In this document: positions 47,006-57,097 of the stretch, piece after piece
Layout: each line of letters opens with the position of its first letter
How positions within the stretch are numbered: the first letter of the stretch is position 1
Assembly: GCA_965224245.1 (NCBI GenBank)
Contig: OZ245046.1
Span: forward strand, 1,312,001-1,376,000
Length of the DNA stretch: 64,000 nt
Direction of reading: 5' to 3'
DNA from: Candidatus Eiseniibacteriota bacterium
GTDB taxonomy: Bacteria; Eisenbacteria; RBG-16-71-46; CAZAMP01
Position numbers and translations under genes: made by a program
Notes under the pieces: model-generated
Told to the model about the DNA's origin: nothing
What the model saw: only the letters and a program-made list of their open reading frames with translations
The model's database searches: none

Positions 47006-48763
47006 ATGACGGACGAAAACCAGAAGATGCCGGCCATCGACGTGATGTCCGAGGGACGACCCGACTACCTGGACGACGACGAGCTGCTCAGCGACTCGGA
47101 GATGAGCGAGCTGAACGAGCTCTACGAGGAGTCCTTCTCCCACCTGGGCGAGGGCGAGATCGTCTCGGGCAAGGTGATCGCGGTCAACGACAACGACGTC
47201 CTCGTGGACATCGGATTCAAGTCCGAGGGCATCATTCCCAAGGCCGAGTTCCCCGATCCGTCGGTGCTGGCGGTCGGTGACGTGTTCGAGGTCTTCCTCG
47301 AGTACATGGAGGACCAGGACGGTCTCGTGGTCCTGTCCAAGCAGCGCGCCGACTTCATGAAGGTCTGGGACAAGGTCAAGGATGCCGCCGACGCGAACGA
47401 GATCGTCGAGGGTCGCATCACGCGCAAGATCAAGGGCGGCGCCGTCGTCGACCTGTTCGGGGTCGAGGCCTTCCTGCCCGGCTCGCAGATCGCGCTCCGG
47501 CAGGTGCACAACATCGACGATCTGATGGAGCAGACGCTGCAGTTCAAGATCATCAAGCTGAACAAGCGTCGCCGGAACATCGTCGTCTCGCGCCGCATGG
47601 TGCTCGAGGAGGAGCGCGAGAAGCTCAAGACCGAGGTACTCAAGGACCTGGCCGAAGGGCAGGTGCGCGAGGGCGTGGTCAAGAACATCACCGACTTCGG
47701 CGCGTTCGTGGATCTGGGCGGCATCGACGGTCTTCTGCACATCACCGACATGAGCTGGGGCCGCGTGAACCACCCGTCCGAGGTGGTCTCGATCGGTGAC
47801 AAGCTCTCGGTCAAGGTCCTCAAGTTCGATCCGGAGCGCGAGCGCATCTCGCTCGGTCTGAAGCAGCTCTCCCGCTACCCGTGGGAGAACGTGGCCGAGA
47901 AGTACCCCGTGGGCTCGAAGGTCCAGGGGCGGGTCGTGTCGATCACCGACTACGGCGCGTTCGTCGAGCTGGAGAAGGGCGTCGAGGGGCTCATCCACGT
48001 CTCCGAGATGTCCTGGGCTCGCCACATCAAGCATCCCTCGAAGGTCCTCTCCATTCAGGATCAGGTCGAGGCGATGGTGCTGAAGGTGGACCAGGAGCAC
48101 GAGAAGATCTCGCTCGGCCTGAAGCAGGCCCAGCCCGATCCGTGGGAGAACCTGGAGGAGCGCTATCCCGAGGACGCCATCGTCGAGGGCCGGGTTCGCA
48201 ACCTGACGAACTTCGGTGCCTTCGTCGAGCTGGAAGAGGGCGTGGACGGTCTCGTGCACATCAGCGACATGTCGTGGACCAAGCGCATCGAGCACCCGAA
48301 CGAGGTCGTCAAGAAGAACGACGTGGTCAAGGTCAAGATCCTGAACATCGACAAGGAGCAGCGCCGGATCTCGCTCGGTCTGAAGCAGGCCGAGGACGAT
48401 CCGTGGCCGACGCTCGTCGAGCGGTTCGAGGTCGGCACCGACGCCACCGGTAAGGTCGTGCGCATGCTGGATCGCGGCGTGGTGGTGGAGCTCGAGGACG
48501 GCATCGAGGGATTCGTGCCGCTCAGCCAGCTCGGCGTCGAAGGGCTCAAGAAGCCCGGCGACGCGTTCAACGAGGGGGACGAGCTGAACCTCAAGGTCTC
48601 GCGCGTGGACGTGGCGAGCCGCCGGATCGTGCTCAGCGCCCGCGCCGCGCTGGCCGAGCAGGACGAGGAGGCGCTTCGCGAGTACCGCGAGCGCTACGAG
48701 GACTCCGACGCAGCCTCGGACGGGGTGTCGGTCGCCGACGACTCGTCCGGCGGAGACGCCTAG
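47006..48763 (+). CDS. rpsA: 30S ribosomal protein S1
   Basis: Six S1 repeats (DFGAFVDLGGIDGLLHITDMSW and related). Confidence 0.97.
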   Translation: MTDENQKMPAIDVMSEGRPDYLDDDELLSDSEMSELNELYEESFSHLGEGEIVSGKVIAVNDNDVLVDIGFKSEGIIPKAEFPDPSVLAVGDVFEVFLEYMEDQDGLVVLSKQRADFMKVWDKVKDAADANEIVEGRITRKIKGGAVVDLFGVEAFLPGSQIALRQVHNIDDLMEQTLQFKIIKLNKRRRNIVVSRRMVLEEEREKLKTEVLKDLAEGQVREGVVKNITDFGAFVDLGGIDGLLHITDMSWGRVNHPSEVVSIGDKLSVKVLKFDPERERISLGLKQLSRYPWENVAEKYPVGSKVQGRVVSITDYGAFVELEKGVEGLIHVSEMSWARHIKHPSKVLSIQDQVEAMVLKVDQEHEKISLGLKQAQPDPWENLEERYPEDAIVEGRVRNLTNFGAFVELEEGVDGLVHISDMSWTKRIEHPNEVVKKNDVVKVKILNIDKEQRRISLGLKQAEDDPWPTLVERFEVGTDATGKVVRMLDRGVVVELEDGIEGFVPLSQLGVEGLKKPGDAFNEGDELNLKVSRVDVASRRIVLSARAALAEQDEEALREYRERYEDSDAASDGVSVADDSSGGDA

Positions 48764-48879
48764 CCGGGCAACCGTGGTTCCACGGGGCGCGGTCCGCGTC
48801 CCGTGGATCCTCGACACCGCCGGCAGTCGTGGTATAACGCTACCTGCGTCCCGTTCGTGCGCCCAGCCGGAGATCCGTC

Positions 48880-50265
48880 ATGGTCGAGCCACATCCCCAC
48901 CCCAAGCGCGTCACGTGCTACCTGGAGAGCTACGGCTGCCAGATGAACGTGAACGACTCGGACATCGTCGTGAGCCATCTCCGTCGGGACGGCTACCACG
49001 TGGTGGACGATCCCGCGCGGGCCGACGTGATCCTCCTGAACACGTGCTCGGTGCGCGAGCGTGCCGAGGAGCGCGTGGTCGGCCGGCTGTGGGATCTCAG
49101 TCGTCACCGCAAGCACAGCCGGCTGCGCGTGCTCGGCGTCATGGGCTGCATGGCCCAGCGGACGGGCCACCGCCTGGTCGAGCAGTGCCGCGAGGTCGAC
49201 CTGGTGGTCGGGACACAGGCGTTCACCCGGATTCCCCAGCACGTCGAGACGCTCCTCGCCGGTGGCGGACCGCTCGTCGACCTCGAGGCCGTGGACGAGA
49301 TGCCACGGCTCGACATTCGCGCCCACGCGATGCGGGGGCGGGTCGGATTCGTCAGCATCATGCGCGGCTGCAATCGCTCGTGCACGTACTGCATCGTACC
49401 GGCGCTGCGAGGCAAGGAGATCTACCGCACCACCGCCGACGTGGTCGCCGAGACGCGCGGGCTGGCGGCCCGGGGCATGCGCGAGGTGATCCTGCTCGGT
49501 CAGAACGTCAACTCGTGGCGCGAGGGGCGCGCCCGTTTCGGAGACCTCCTGCGTCGCGTGAACGACATCGACGAGATCGAGCACATCCGGTTCACGACCC
49601 CGCATCCCCGCGACTTCGACGCCGACTGTCTGGAGGCGATCGCGTCGTGCGAGAAGGTGTGCGAGCACCTCCACATGCCGCTCCAGTCCGGCTCCAACGC
49701 CGTGCTGCGCCGGATGATCCGGGGCTACTCGCGCGAGAAGTACCTCCGGATCGTGGAGGCCGCGCGCGAGCGCATTCCCGACGTCGCCATCACGACCGAC
49801 ATCATCGTCGGGTTTCCCGGCGAGACGCGCGAGGAGTTCCAGGAGACGCTCGACGTGGCCCGTCGCGTCGGGTACGACGCCGCGTTCACGTTCAAGTTCT
49901 CGCCCCGCGAGGGGACCAAGGCGGCGGACATGCCCGACGACGTGTCCGACGCGGAGAAGCGAGCCCGGCTGGCCGAGCTCAACGCCGTGGTCAAGGAACA
50001 TGCCCACCAGCGCAACCAGCTGCTCGTCGGTCGATCGTTGCCGGTCGTCCTGGAGCACGTCGAGGACGCGGCCACGGATCTCTCGAAGGGACGTACGCGC
50101 ACGAACAAGTCCGTGCTCGTGCGCGCTCCACGCTCGGATCTCGGGCGCATTCGCCAGGTTCGGATCTCGCACGCGAAGGGTCTCATTCTGCACGGGACGC
50201 TCGAGCCGGTCGGCCAGTCCGCCGGCCCCGCCGCGCGCGTCAGCGCGCGCGTTCAGGCCTCGTAA
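48880..50265 (+). CDS. miaB: tRNA methylthiotransferase MiaB
   Basis: GCQMN, NTCSVRE, CNRSCTYC radical-SAM motif, TRAM domain. Confidence 0.95.
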   Translation: MVEPHPHPKRVTCYLESYGCQMNVNDSDIVVSHLRRDGYHVVDDPARADVILLNTCSVRERAEERVVGRLWDLSRHRKHSRLRVLGVMGCMAQRTGHRLVEQCREVDLVVGTQAFTRIPQHVETLLAGGGPLVDLEAVDEMPRLDIRAHAMRGRVGFVSIMRGCNRSCTYCIVPALRGKEIYRTTADVVAETRGLAARGMREVILLGQNVNSWREGRARFGDLLRRVNDIDEIEHIRFTTPHPRDFDADCLEAIASCEKVCEHLHMPLQSGSNAVLRRMIRGYSREKYLRIVEAARERIPDVAITTDIIVGFPGETREEFQETLDVARRVGYDAAFTFKFSPREGTKAADMPDDVSDAEKRARLAELNAVVKEHAHQRNQLLVGRSLPVVLEHVEDAATDLSKGRTRTNKSVLVRAPRSDLGRIRQVRISHAKGLILHGTLEPVGQSAGPAARVSARVQAS

Positions 50266-50274
50266 GGAGCCACG

Positions 50275-50637
50275 ATGATTTTCTACATGATCTTTCTCGC
50301 GGCACTCGCGTTCGTGCTGATCTTCCTCGGCATCCGCAACGGCGGCGAGACGGTCACGGTGGTCGGGTTCACCGAGACGTATCCCAACCTGTCGCAGCCA
50401 CTGGTGCTGCTGGTGACGTTCCTCCTGGGGATGGCGACCTGGATGATCGTCTCGGTCGTCCAGTTCTTCGGCGCCAAGGGAGAGCTTCGCCGCCTGCGCA
50501 AGGAAAACCGCCGCTTGCGCGACGAGCTCACCCGGGTGCGGAACGCTCCCATCCAGGATCTGGACGAGCCCGGCGACGTCCTGGACGACTCGTCCGCCGT
50601 GGCCCGCGACTTCGCCGACTCCGACGCCGTTCGCTGA
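50275..50637 (+). CDS. lapA: LapA family membrane protein
   Basis: Two TM segments plus coiled coil; upstream of lapB. Confidence 0.75.
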   Translation: MIFYMIFLAALAFVLIFLGIRNGGETVTVVGFTETYPNLSQPLVLLVTFLLGMATWMIVSVVQFFGAKGELRRLRKENRRLRDELTRVRNAPIQDLDEPGDVLDDSSAVARDFADSDAVR

Positions 50638-50649
50638 TCGGAGGATCCG

Positions 50650-51813
50650 GTGTCCCTGGATTCCAGCGCGTTCGTGGCGGCGGCGGCCGCCGCCGTCATC
50701 GTCCTCGCGGTTGCGGTGGCGCTCCTGCGCTCGTCGCTGTCCCGCCGGCGCTCGACCTCCGACACGTACGCCGACGCGCTGGAGGCGCTGGCCAACGGGC
50801 GGGCGCGTCAGGCGATGACGCTCCTGCGCGACGTCGTGGAGGCGGACACCGACCACGTGAAGGCGTACCTCCTTCTCGGCCGCCTCTTTCGCGAGCGCGG
50901 GGACACCGATCGCGCCACGCGCATTCACCAGGAGCTCCGCTCGCGGCCGCTCGACACCGGCATGCGGCGGCGTGTCCTCCGGGAGGTCCTGGAGGACCAC
51001 ATGACCGCCGGGCGCTGGGCCGACGCGAAGTCCGTGGCCCTCGAGCTGCGCCGGATCGGCGGTGACGAGCGGGTCGTGCTGAGGGCCCTGGGTCGGATCC
51101 ACGAGGAGCTCCGGGAGTGGGGCGACGCCCTGTCCACGTTCGAGGCGCTCGAGAAGCGCCAGGAGACGCCCTCGGACCGGCGCATCGCGCTCTACCGTGC
51201 ATTCGTCGCGCGCGACTATCAGCGCCGGGGCAAACTCAAGGAAGCCCGCAAGCACTACGAGTCGGCGCTGAAGGTGGAGCCGGGTCTGGTCGGAGCGCTG
51301 CTCTACCTCGGGGACGTGTTCGAGGCAGACGGCGATCACGCGAAGGCCATCGACACCTGGACGACGCTCGTGAAGAGGAACCCCGGCGCGGCGGTCCTGG
51401 TCCTGGAACGCATGGAGCACGCGACCTACAAACTGGATCCCGCGCGCATCACGAAGCTGACGGCGTTCTACGAGCAGATCCTCGACGAGTCGCCCGGCGA
51501 CGTGTCGACGATGCGGGCGCTGGCCAATCTCCATCGCCGCCGCGGCGACGTCGACGAGGCGCTCGCGGTGCTCACCGCCGCCGACGAGCGCGTCCCGTCC
51601 GACGCGACGATCGGCCTGGAACGGGCCGAGCTCCTCTGGCAGACCGGTCGCCGCGACGAGGCCTTCGAGGTCGTACGTGGTCTTCTGTCCACCACGAAGT
51701 CCCGTGCGCAGGAGGACTTCCGCTGCGCGAAGTGCGGATACGAAAGCGGCGATTATCTGTGGCGATGCCCCTCGTGCAGCCACTGGGAGAGCTTCGACGA
51801 GGCCGTGTCGTGA
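50650..51813 (+). CDS. lapB: LPS assembly protein B (TPR plus rubredoxin-like)
   Basis: N-terminal TM, LGRLFRERG..RATRIHQ, C-terminal CAKCG..WRCPSC..W. Confidence 0.88.
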   Translation: MSLDSSAFVAAAAAAVIVLAVAVALLRSSLSRRRSTSDTYADALEALANGRARQAMTLLRDVVEADTDHVKAYLLLGRLFRERGDTDRATRIHQELRSRPLDTGMRRRVLREVLEDHMTAGRWADAKSVALELRRIGGDERVVLRALGRIHEELREWGDALSTFEALEKRQETPSDRRIALYRAFVARDYQRRGKLKEARKHYESALKVEPGLVGALLYLGDVFEADGDHAKAIDTWTTLVKRNPGAAVLVLERMEHATYKLDPARITKLTAFYEQILDESPGDVSTMRALANLHRRRGDVDEALAVLTAADERVPSDATIGLERAELLWQTGRRDEAFEVVRGLLSTTKSRAQEDFRCAKCGYESGDYLWRCPSCSHWESFDEAVS

Positions 51814-53060
51814 CCGCTCGGGTGCTCGCGATCCTGGTGGCGGTGTGTCTGGTGACTGCGCCGCGCGCCGATCCCCTGGACGACGCATGGCACCTCGCCG
51901 AGTCCGGGGATCGGGACGGGGCCCGGACCGCGCTCGCCGCGGCTCGGGCGTCGCTGCCGGTGGCCGGGCTCGTTCGCGCGGACTATCTCGAGGCATGCCT
52001 GACCGACGACTGGGAGGTGGCCCGCGAGCGCTTCGCGACGATCGCTGAGGAGCATGCCGGCTCGGAGTGGGGCCTGCGGGCGCTCACGCAGCTCGGGGAG
52101 GGAGCGCTCCTCGCCGGCGAGCCGGAGCTGGCGCTGGGCTACTTCGAGCGCGCGCTCGCCTCCGCCCGCGTGGACGCGGACGCCGCCGCTCTCCGGGTCC
52201 GGAAGGCACAGAGCCTCCTCGCGCTCGGCGATCCGACCGCGGCCACCGAGCCCCTGCGGCAAGCGCTCGCACTCCTCGACGAGGGACCCGATCGCGACCG
52301 CGCCGAGCTGATGCTGACCGCATGCGATTACGAGGCCGGACGCTACGCCGACGGGCTTCAGAAGGCGCTCGCGCTGATCGATCGGTCGGACGACGTCACG
52401 CCTCCGGCGCTGCTCTATGCAGCCCGCTGCCTGACCGCCCGCGGCGAGGGACCGCTCGCGTTGCAGTACCTCGACCAGCTCGTGCGCGACCATGCCGACA
52501 CCGCCGAGGGAGCGTGGGCCCGCCACCTCGCCGACAGCCTGGGTGTCATCCACCGATCTCCGATCGAGCCGATGGAGCCCCGGGTCGTCACCGAGGCGTC
52601 GGGGGACGAGCGCACCGGCTCGTCCGACGACCGCGACGACGAGACCGCCGACGCGGGTCGTGCCTCGGGCCGGCTCTCCCACGACGACTCGGACGACGAC
52701 GAGGACGAGGACGGCCGCGCCGCCACCGACGTCACCGGCGATCGGGACCGGGACGAGGACGAGCAGCCGACCGCCGGTGACGGTGCCGCCGGCGACGATG
52801 AGCTCGCGGCGGACGACGCTGGTGACGGGGGCGCCCCGTTCGTGGACGTCGGCGCGTTTCCCGAACGGGTGGGGGCGCTGAGCCTGCTGTCGCGGCTGCG
52901 GCGCCGAGGCGTCTCGGATCTCGCGCTGGTGCGAAGCGATCGCGAGGGTCACACCGTGTTCGTGGTCCGGGTCGGTCCGTACGCCGACCGCGAGACCGCG
53001 GAGGCCGAGCGCGACCGGCTGGCCGAGCTGAGCGGCATGCCGGCGGTGGTCACGCGGTGA
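51810..53060 (+). CDS. Secreted TPR and SPOR-domain protein
   Basis: Signal peptide, TPR helices, acidic linker, VDVGAF...VRVGPY SPOR motif. Confidence 0.75.
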   Translation: MTARVLAILVAVCLVTAPRADPLDDAWHLAESGDRDGARTALAAARASLPVAGLVRADYLEACLTDDWEVARERFATIAEEHAGSEWGLRALTQLGEGALLAGEPELALGYFERALASARVDADAAALRVRKAQSLLALGDPTAATEPLRQALALLDEGPDRDRAELMLTACDYEAGRYADGLQKALALIDRSDDVTPPALLYAARCLTARGEGPLALQYLDQLVRDHADTAEGAWARHLADSLGVIHRSPIEPMEPRVVTEASGDERTGSSDDRDDETADAGRASGRLSHDDSDDDEDEDGRAATDVTGDRDRDEDEQPTAGDGAAGDDELAADDAGDGGAPFVDVGAFPERVGALSLLSRLRRRGVSDLALVRSDREGHTVFVVRVGPYADRETAEAERDRLAELSGMPAVVTR

Positions 53061-55765
53061 CGGCGGTGCGCACGACGCCGATGATGGCGCAGTACCTGCG
53101 CGCCAAGGAGCAGCACCCCGACGCGATTCTCCTGTTCCGGATGGGGGACTTCTACGAGGTCTTCTTCGAGGACGCCAAGCTCGCGTCGCGCATCCTCGGA
53201 CTCACGCTCACCAAGCGCGGTCAACACGCGGGCGACCCGATCCCGATGGCGGGCGTTCCGTGGCACAGCGTCGACGGCTACGTCGCCCGGCTCATGGACG
53301 CTGGCCAGCGCGTGGCGATCTGCGAGCAGGTCGAGGATCCGAAGAAGGCCAAGGGCATCGTCAAGCGCGAGGTGACCGAGGTCATCACCCCTGGCACCAT
53401 TCTCGAGAGCGACGTGTCCGCTCCCGGAAACCGCTACCTCGCCGCGGTGTGCCCGGGTCCCCGGCGAACCGGCGTCGCGTTCGTCGACCTGTCGACCGGA
53501 GAGTTCATGACCGGCGAGTTCCCGGCGACGGGCGTGCGTGACGAGCTCCTCCGGTATCGACCGGCGGAGATCCTCGTGGCCGACCCGGCGGCGGTCTCGG
53601 TGCCGGACGAGCTCTCGGCCGTCGTCACCACGATCGACGAGCCCTGGACGTTCGACCCCACGCGCGCCACCGAAGCGCTCACGCGCCAGTTCCACACCGC
53701 GGATCTGGACGGGTTCGGATGCGGCGATCTGACCGAGGGCCTGGGGGCCGCGGGCGCACTGCTCGGCTACGCGCGAAAGCTGAAGGGTGACGTGCTCGCC
53801 CACCTGACGGGGCTTCGCCGCCTGCAGCCGCGCGGCTCGCTCTTTCTCGATGCGGCCTCGCTCGTGCATCTCGAGGTACTGGACGCGCCGAGCGGCGGGA
53901 CGTCGCTCGCCGAGGTGCTCGATCACACCGTCACCGCGATGGGGCGCCGGTTCCTCCGGTCCGCGCTGGCCCGCCCCCTCGGAGATCGTGCACGCATCCA
54001 CGAGCGACTGGACGCCGTGGCGCGGCTGGTCGACGCGCGCGAGCTCCGTCAGGCGCTCACCGATGCGCTGGATGCGACCTACGACCTCCAGCGGCTCTCG
54101 GCCCGCGTCGGCACGGGTCGGGCCAGTCCGCGCGATCTGGTGGCGCTCCGGCGCACGCTGGGCGAGCTCCCGGGCATCCGGGTCGCGCTGGACGACGCGG
54201 GCGGCCGGCTCGGGGAGCTTCGCGACGCGATCGATCCCCTGCCCGGGCTGGCGTCCCATCTCGAGCGCGCGCTGCGGGACGAGGCGCCCGCCAACGTCAC
54301 CGACGGCAACGTGTTCAACCCGGGGTTCTCGGACGAGCTGGACGCGATCCGGGTCGGCGCCGAGGAGGGACGTGGCTGGATCGCCCAGCTCGAGGAGCGC
54401 GAACGGTCGGCCACCGGAATCCCGAACCTGAAGGTCGGGTTCAACAAGGTGTTCGGCTACTACATCGAGGTGACACGCTCGCATCTCGGCTCGGTGCCCG
54501 ATCACTATCAACGCAAGCAGACGCTCGTGGGCGCCGAGCGCTTCGTGACCGAGCCCCTCAAGGAGCGGGAGTCGTCGATCCTGGGTGCGGAAGAGCGGCT
54601 GGTCGAGATGGAGACGGCGCTCTTCTCCGAGCTGCGCACGCGAGCGGCCCGCGATCTCGTCGTGCTCACCACCACCGCGTCCGCCCTCGCCGAGCTGGAC
54701 TTCCTGCGCGCGCTGGCCGAGGCGGCCGTCCGTCGCGGGTACGTGCGGCCCGAGATCCACGACGGCCCGGAGATCCGGATCCACGACGGCCGGCACCCCG
54801 TGGTCGAGACGCAGCTTCCGTCCGGTGAGTTCATCCCCAACGACTGCGAGATCCGGCCCTCGGATCGACGGGTTCATCTGATCACCGGCCCCAACATGGC
54901 GGGGAAGTCCACGTATCTCAGGCAGGTGGGGCTCATCGTGCTGATGGCGCAGGCCGGCTCGTTCGTGCCTGCCGCGTCGGCGTCGATCGGGGTCGCCGAT
55001 CGGATCTTCACGCGCGTGGGGGCGAGCGACAATCTCGCGCGCGGCCAGTCCACGTTCCTGGTCGAGATGAACGAGAGCGCGAACATCCTGCACAATGCGA
55101 CCTCGCGGTCGCTCGTGCTGCTGGACGAGGTGGGGCGGGGAACGAGCACGTTCGACGGACTCTCGATCGCCTGGGCGATGACCGAGTACCTGCACCACGG
55201 CATGGCCGAGCGACCGCGGACGCTCTTCGCGACCCACTTCCACGAGCTGACGCGACTGGGCGACTCGCTCCGGGCGGTGGCGAACTTCCGCGTCGAGGTC
55301 AAGGAGTGGGAGGATCGGGTGATCTTCCTGCGGAAGATCGTCGAGGGGCGAGCCGATCGATCCTACGGCATCCACGTGGCCCAGATGGCCGGCCTGCCGG
55401 CCACCGTCGTCGAGCGCGCCCGCGTGATTCTGGCCGAGCTCGAGGCCGGCAAGCGGGCCGAGTCGAGCCCCGAGGTGCAGCAGACCTCGTTGTGGGACGA
55501 TCTTCTCGGTACCGACGGGGCCGCCTCCTCGGAGACCGCCGAGAGGGCCCACGGAGTACCCGTGAGCGGCGCCGCATCCGGCGCCGACGACGCTGGGGCG
55601 CCGACCCCGTCGGATGGGCAATCCGGGCCGGAATCCGAGGTGGTCGATTCCGACCGCGAGGCGGTCCTCGAGGCGTTGCGCGCCACCGATCTCGACCGGA
55701 CGACCCCGCTCGAGGCGCTGGCCATCCTGTCCGACCTTCAATCTCGCCTCGCGTCCGACCGATAA
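53057..55765 (+). CDS. mutS: DNA mismatch repair protein MutS
   Basis: TPMMAQY, RMGDFYE, GPNMAGKST, DEVGRGTST. Confidence 0.98.
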   Translation: MTAVRTTPMMAQYLRAKEQHPDAILLFRMGDFYEVFFEDAKLASRILGLTLTKRGQHAGDPIPMAGVPWHSVDGYVARLMDAGQRVAICEQVEDPKKAKGIVKREVTEVITPGTILESDVSAPGNRYLAAVCPGPRRTGVAFVDLSTGEFMTGEFPATGVRDELLRYRPAEILVADPAAVSVPDELSAVVTTIDEPWTFDPTRATEALTRQFHTADLDGFGCGDLTEGLGAAGALLGYARKLKGDVLAHLTGLRRLQPRGSLFLDAASLVHLEVLDAPSGGTSLAEVLDHTVTAMGRRFLRSALARPLGDRARIHERLDAVARLVDARELRQALTDALDATYDLQRLSARVGTGRASPRDLVALRRTLGELPGIRVALDDAGGRLGELRDAIDPLPGLASHLERALRDEAPANVTDGNVFNPGFSDELDAIRVGAEEGRGWIAQLEERERSATGIPNLKVGFNKVFGYYIEVTRSHLGSVPDHYQRKQTLVGAERFVTEPLKERESSILGAEERLVEMETALFSELRTRAARDLVVLTTTASALAELDFLRALAEAAVRRGYVRPEIHDGPEIRIHDGRHPVVETQLPSGEFIPNDCEIRPSDRRVHLITGPNMAGKSTYLRQVGLIVLMAQAGSFVPAASASIGVADRIFTRVGASDNLARGQSTFLVEMNESANILHNATSRSLVLLDEVGRGTSTFDGLSIAWAMTEYLHHGMAERPRTLFATHFHELTRLGDSLRAVANFRVEVKEWEDRVIFLRKIVEGRADRSYGIHVAQMAGLPATVVERARVILAELEAGKRAESSPEVQQTSLWDDLLGTDGAASSETAERAHGVPVSGAASGADDAGAPTPSDGQSGPESEVVDSDREAVLEALRATDLDRTTPLEALAILSDLQSRLASDR

Positions 55766-55828
55766 CTCCGTTCGACGGCTCGCCCGTCCCGGGACGCCGC
55801 CGGCCCCACGGGCCGATCCGGCTGCCGG

Positions 55829-55857
55829 TTGCAAAGAAAAGGCCGGACTCCTATGCT
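55829..55857 (+). promoter_or_regulatory. sigma70 promoter
   Basis: TTGCAA-N17-TATGCT. Confidence 0.6.
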
Positions 55858-55905
55858 AGATGCAAGCGAGGTACCGGGGCCTCGAGGTCAGAAAGGAACC
55901 GGACC

Positions 55906-56349
55906 ATGTGGAAGAGAATCGTCAGCGGGGCGCTGGTCGTCTCGATGCTCGGCTCGATGGGCTGCGCACAGCGGCACGTCGTCCCCGGCGTCAACCTGAT
56001 GCGGGGTGACGTCGTCGAGAACGTCCACATCAAGACGACCGATGGATACACGTACGACTTCGACCGCGGCTACGTCCGCGGCGAGACGTTCTTCGGCACG
56101 CTCGTGGAGGACGTCGAGGAGCTGACCGACTCGGGCGACGTGTACCTGCGTGAGCAGGCACGCGAGATCCCGATCCCGATATCCTCGATCGTGAAGGTCG
56201 AGCAGACGACGCGGAGCATCTCCAGCAACACCGTCTACGTCGTCGGCGCCATCGGTGCGGGGGCCATTCTCGTGGCCGCACTGAGCGGAAGCGATCTTTC
56301 CGACGTCTCGGCGCGCAGCACCGGAGTCGCGAGCAAGCCGAACCAGTAG
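55906..56349 (+). CDS. Hypothetical lipoprotein with C-terminal TM
   Basis: MWKRIVSGALVVSMLGSMG-C lipobox-like; AAGGA RBS. Confidence 0.7.
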   Translation: MWKRIVSGALVVSMLGSMGCAQRHVVPGVNLMRGDVVENVHIKTTDGYTYDFDRGYVRGETFFGTLVEDVEELTDSGDVYLREQAREIPIPISSIVKVEQTTRSISSNTVYVVGAIGAGAILVAALSGSDLSDVSARSTGVASKPNQ

Positions 56350-56359
56350 CAGGCCGTCG

Positions 56360-57097
56360 ATGTCGGGTCAGGAGTGGTTTCGCGACGCCTTCGACGAGCT
56401 CTACCTGACCGTCTATCGGCATCGAGACGGCGACGAGGCCCGGCGGCTGATGAGCTGGCTGGGCCCTCTTCTTTCCGTGTCCGGCCGACTCGTCCTGGAC
56501 CTCGCATGCGGAGCCGCGCGTTTTCGTGAACCTCTCGAGGCACTCGGCGCGTCCTATCTCGGGTTGGATCTCTCGATGCCGCTCCTGCAACGCGCGATGA
56601 CGCGCCCGGGTGCGCTCGTCAGGGCCGACATGCGGCACATTCCGCTTCGTCCCGGCTCTCTCGACGTCGTGCTTTCGATGTTCACGAGCTTCGGCTACTT
56701 CGCCACCGACGGCGAGAACCGAGCCGTGCTGGCCGGCGTGCACGAGGTGCTGGCCCCCGGCGGCCGGTTTGCGATCGACACCCTGAATGCCACCCGCGTG
56801 GCCGAGACGCTGGTTCCCGAAGGCGAGCGTCGTGTGGGAGAGTATCAGGTCACCGAGACCCGCCGGATCGTGGATGGGCGGGTGGTCAAGGACATCACGA
56901 TCGATCGCGGACCGACGCGACTGCGACGCTACCGGGAGTCGGTCCGGCTCATCACGAAGGACGATCTCCTGGGCTGGACGGCTGCGGCCGGGCTCGAGCC
57001 GCTGGGGTTCTGGGGCGCGTACGATGGCTCGGACTTCGACCGCAACGGCTCGCCGCGTCTGATCGCGGCGTTTCAGAAAGCGCGAGGCGTGCGATGA
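56360..57097 (+). CDS. Class I SAM-dependent methyltransferase (possible NmbA-like)
   Basis: LDLACGAAR, MFTSFGYF, YLTVYRHRD; coupled to bshC. Confidence 0.85.
   Translation: MSGQEWFRDAFDELYLTVYRHRDGDEARRLMSWLGPLLSVSGRLVLDLACGAARFREPLEALGASYLGLDLSMPLLQRAMTRPGALVRADMRHIPLRPGSLDVVLSMFTSFGYFATDGENRAVLAGVHEVLAPGGRFAIDTLNATRVAETLVPEGERRVGEYQVTETRRIVDGRVVKDITIDRGPTRLRRYRESVRLITKDDLLGWTAAAGLEPLGFWGAYDGSDFDRNGSPRLIAAFQKARGVR

Noticed and set aside
47600-48400. Repeated sequence blocks (e.g. ATCTCGCTCGG..TGAAGCAG)
   Set aside because: Internal S1-domain repeats of rpsA, not a CRISPR array or DNA repeat element.
2109-55834. Very long antisense or alternative-frame ORFs (e.g. 2109-4967+, 17768-20854-, 26563-29970-, 48760-51996-, 52949-55834-)
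   Set aside because: Shadow ORFs of real genes caused by high GC and few stop codons; Arg/Ala/Pro-rich with no motifs.
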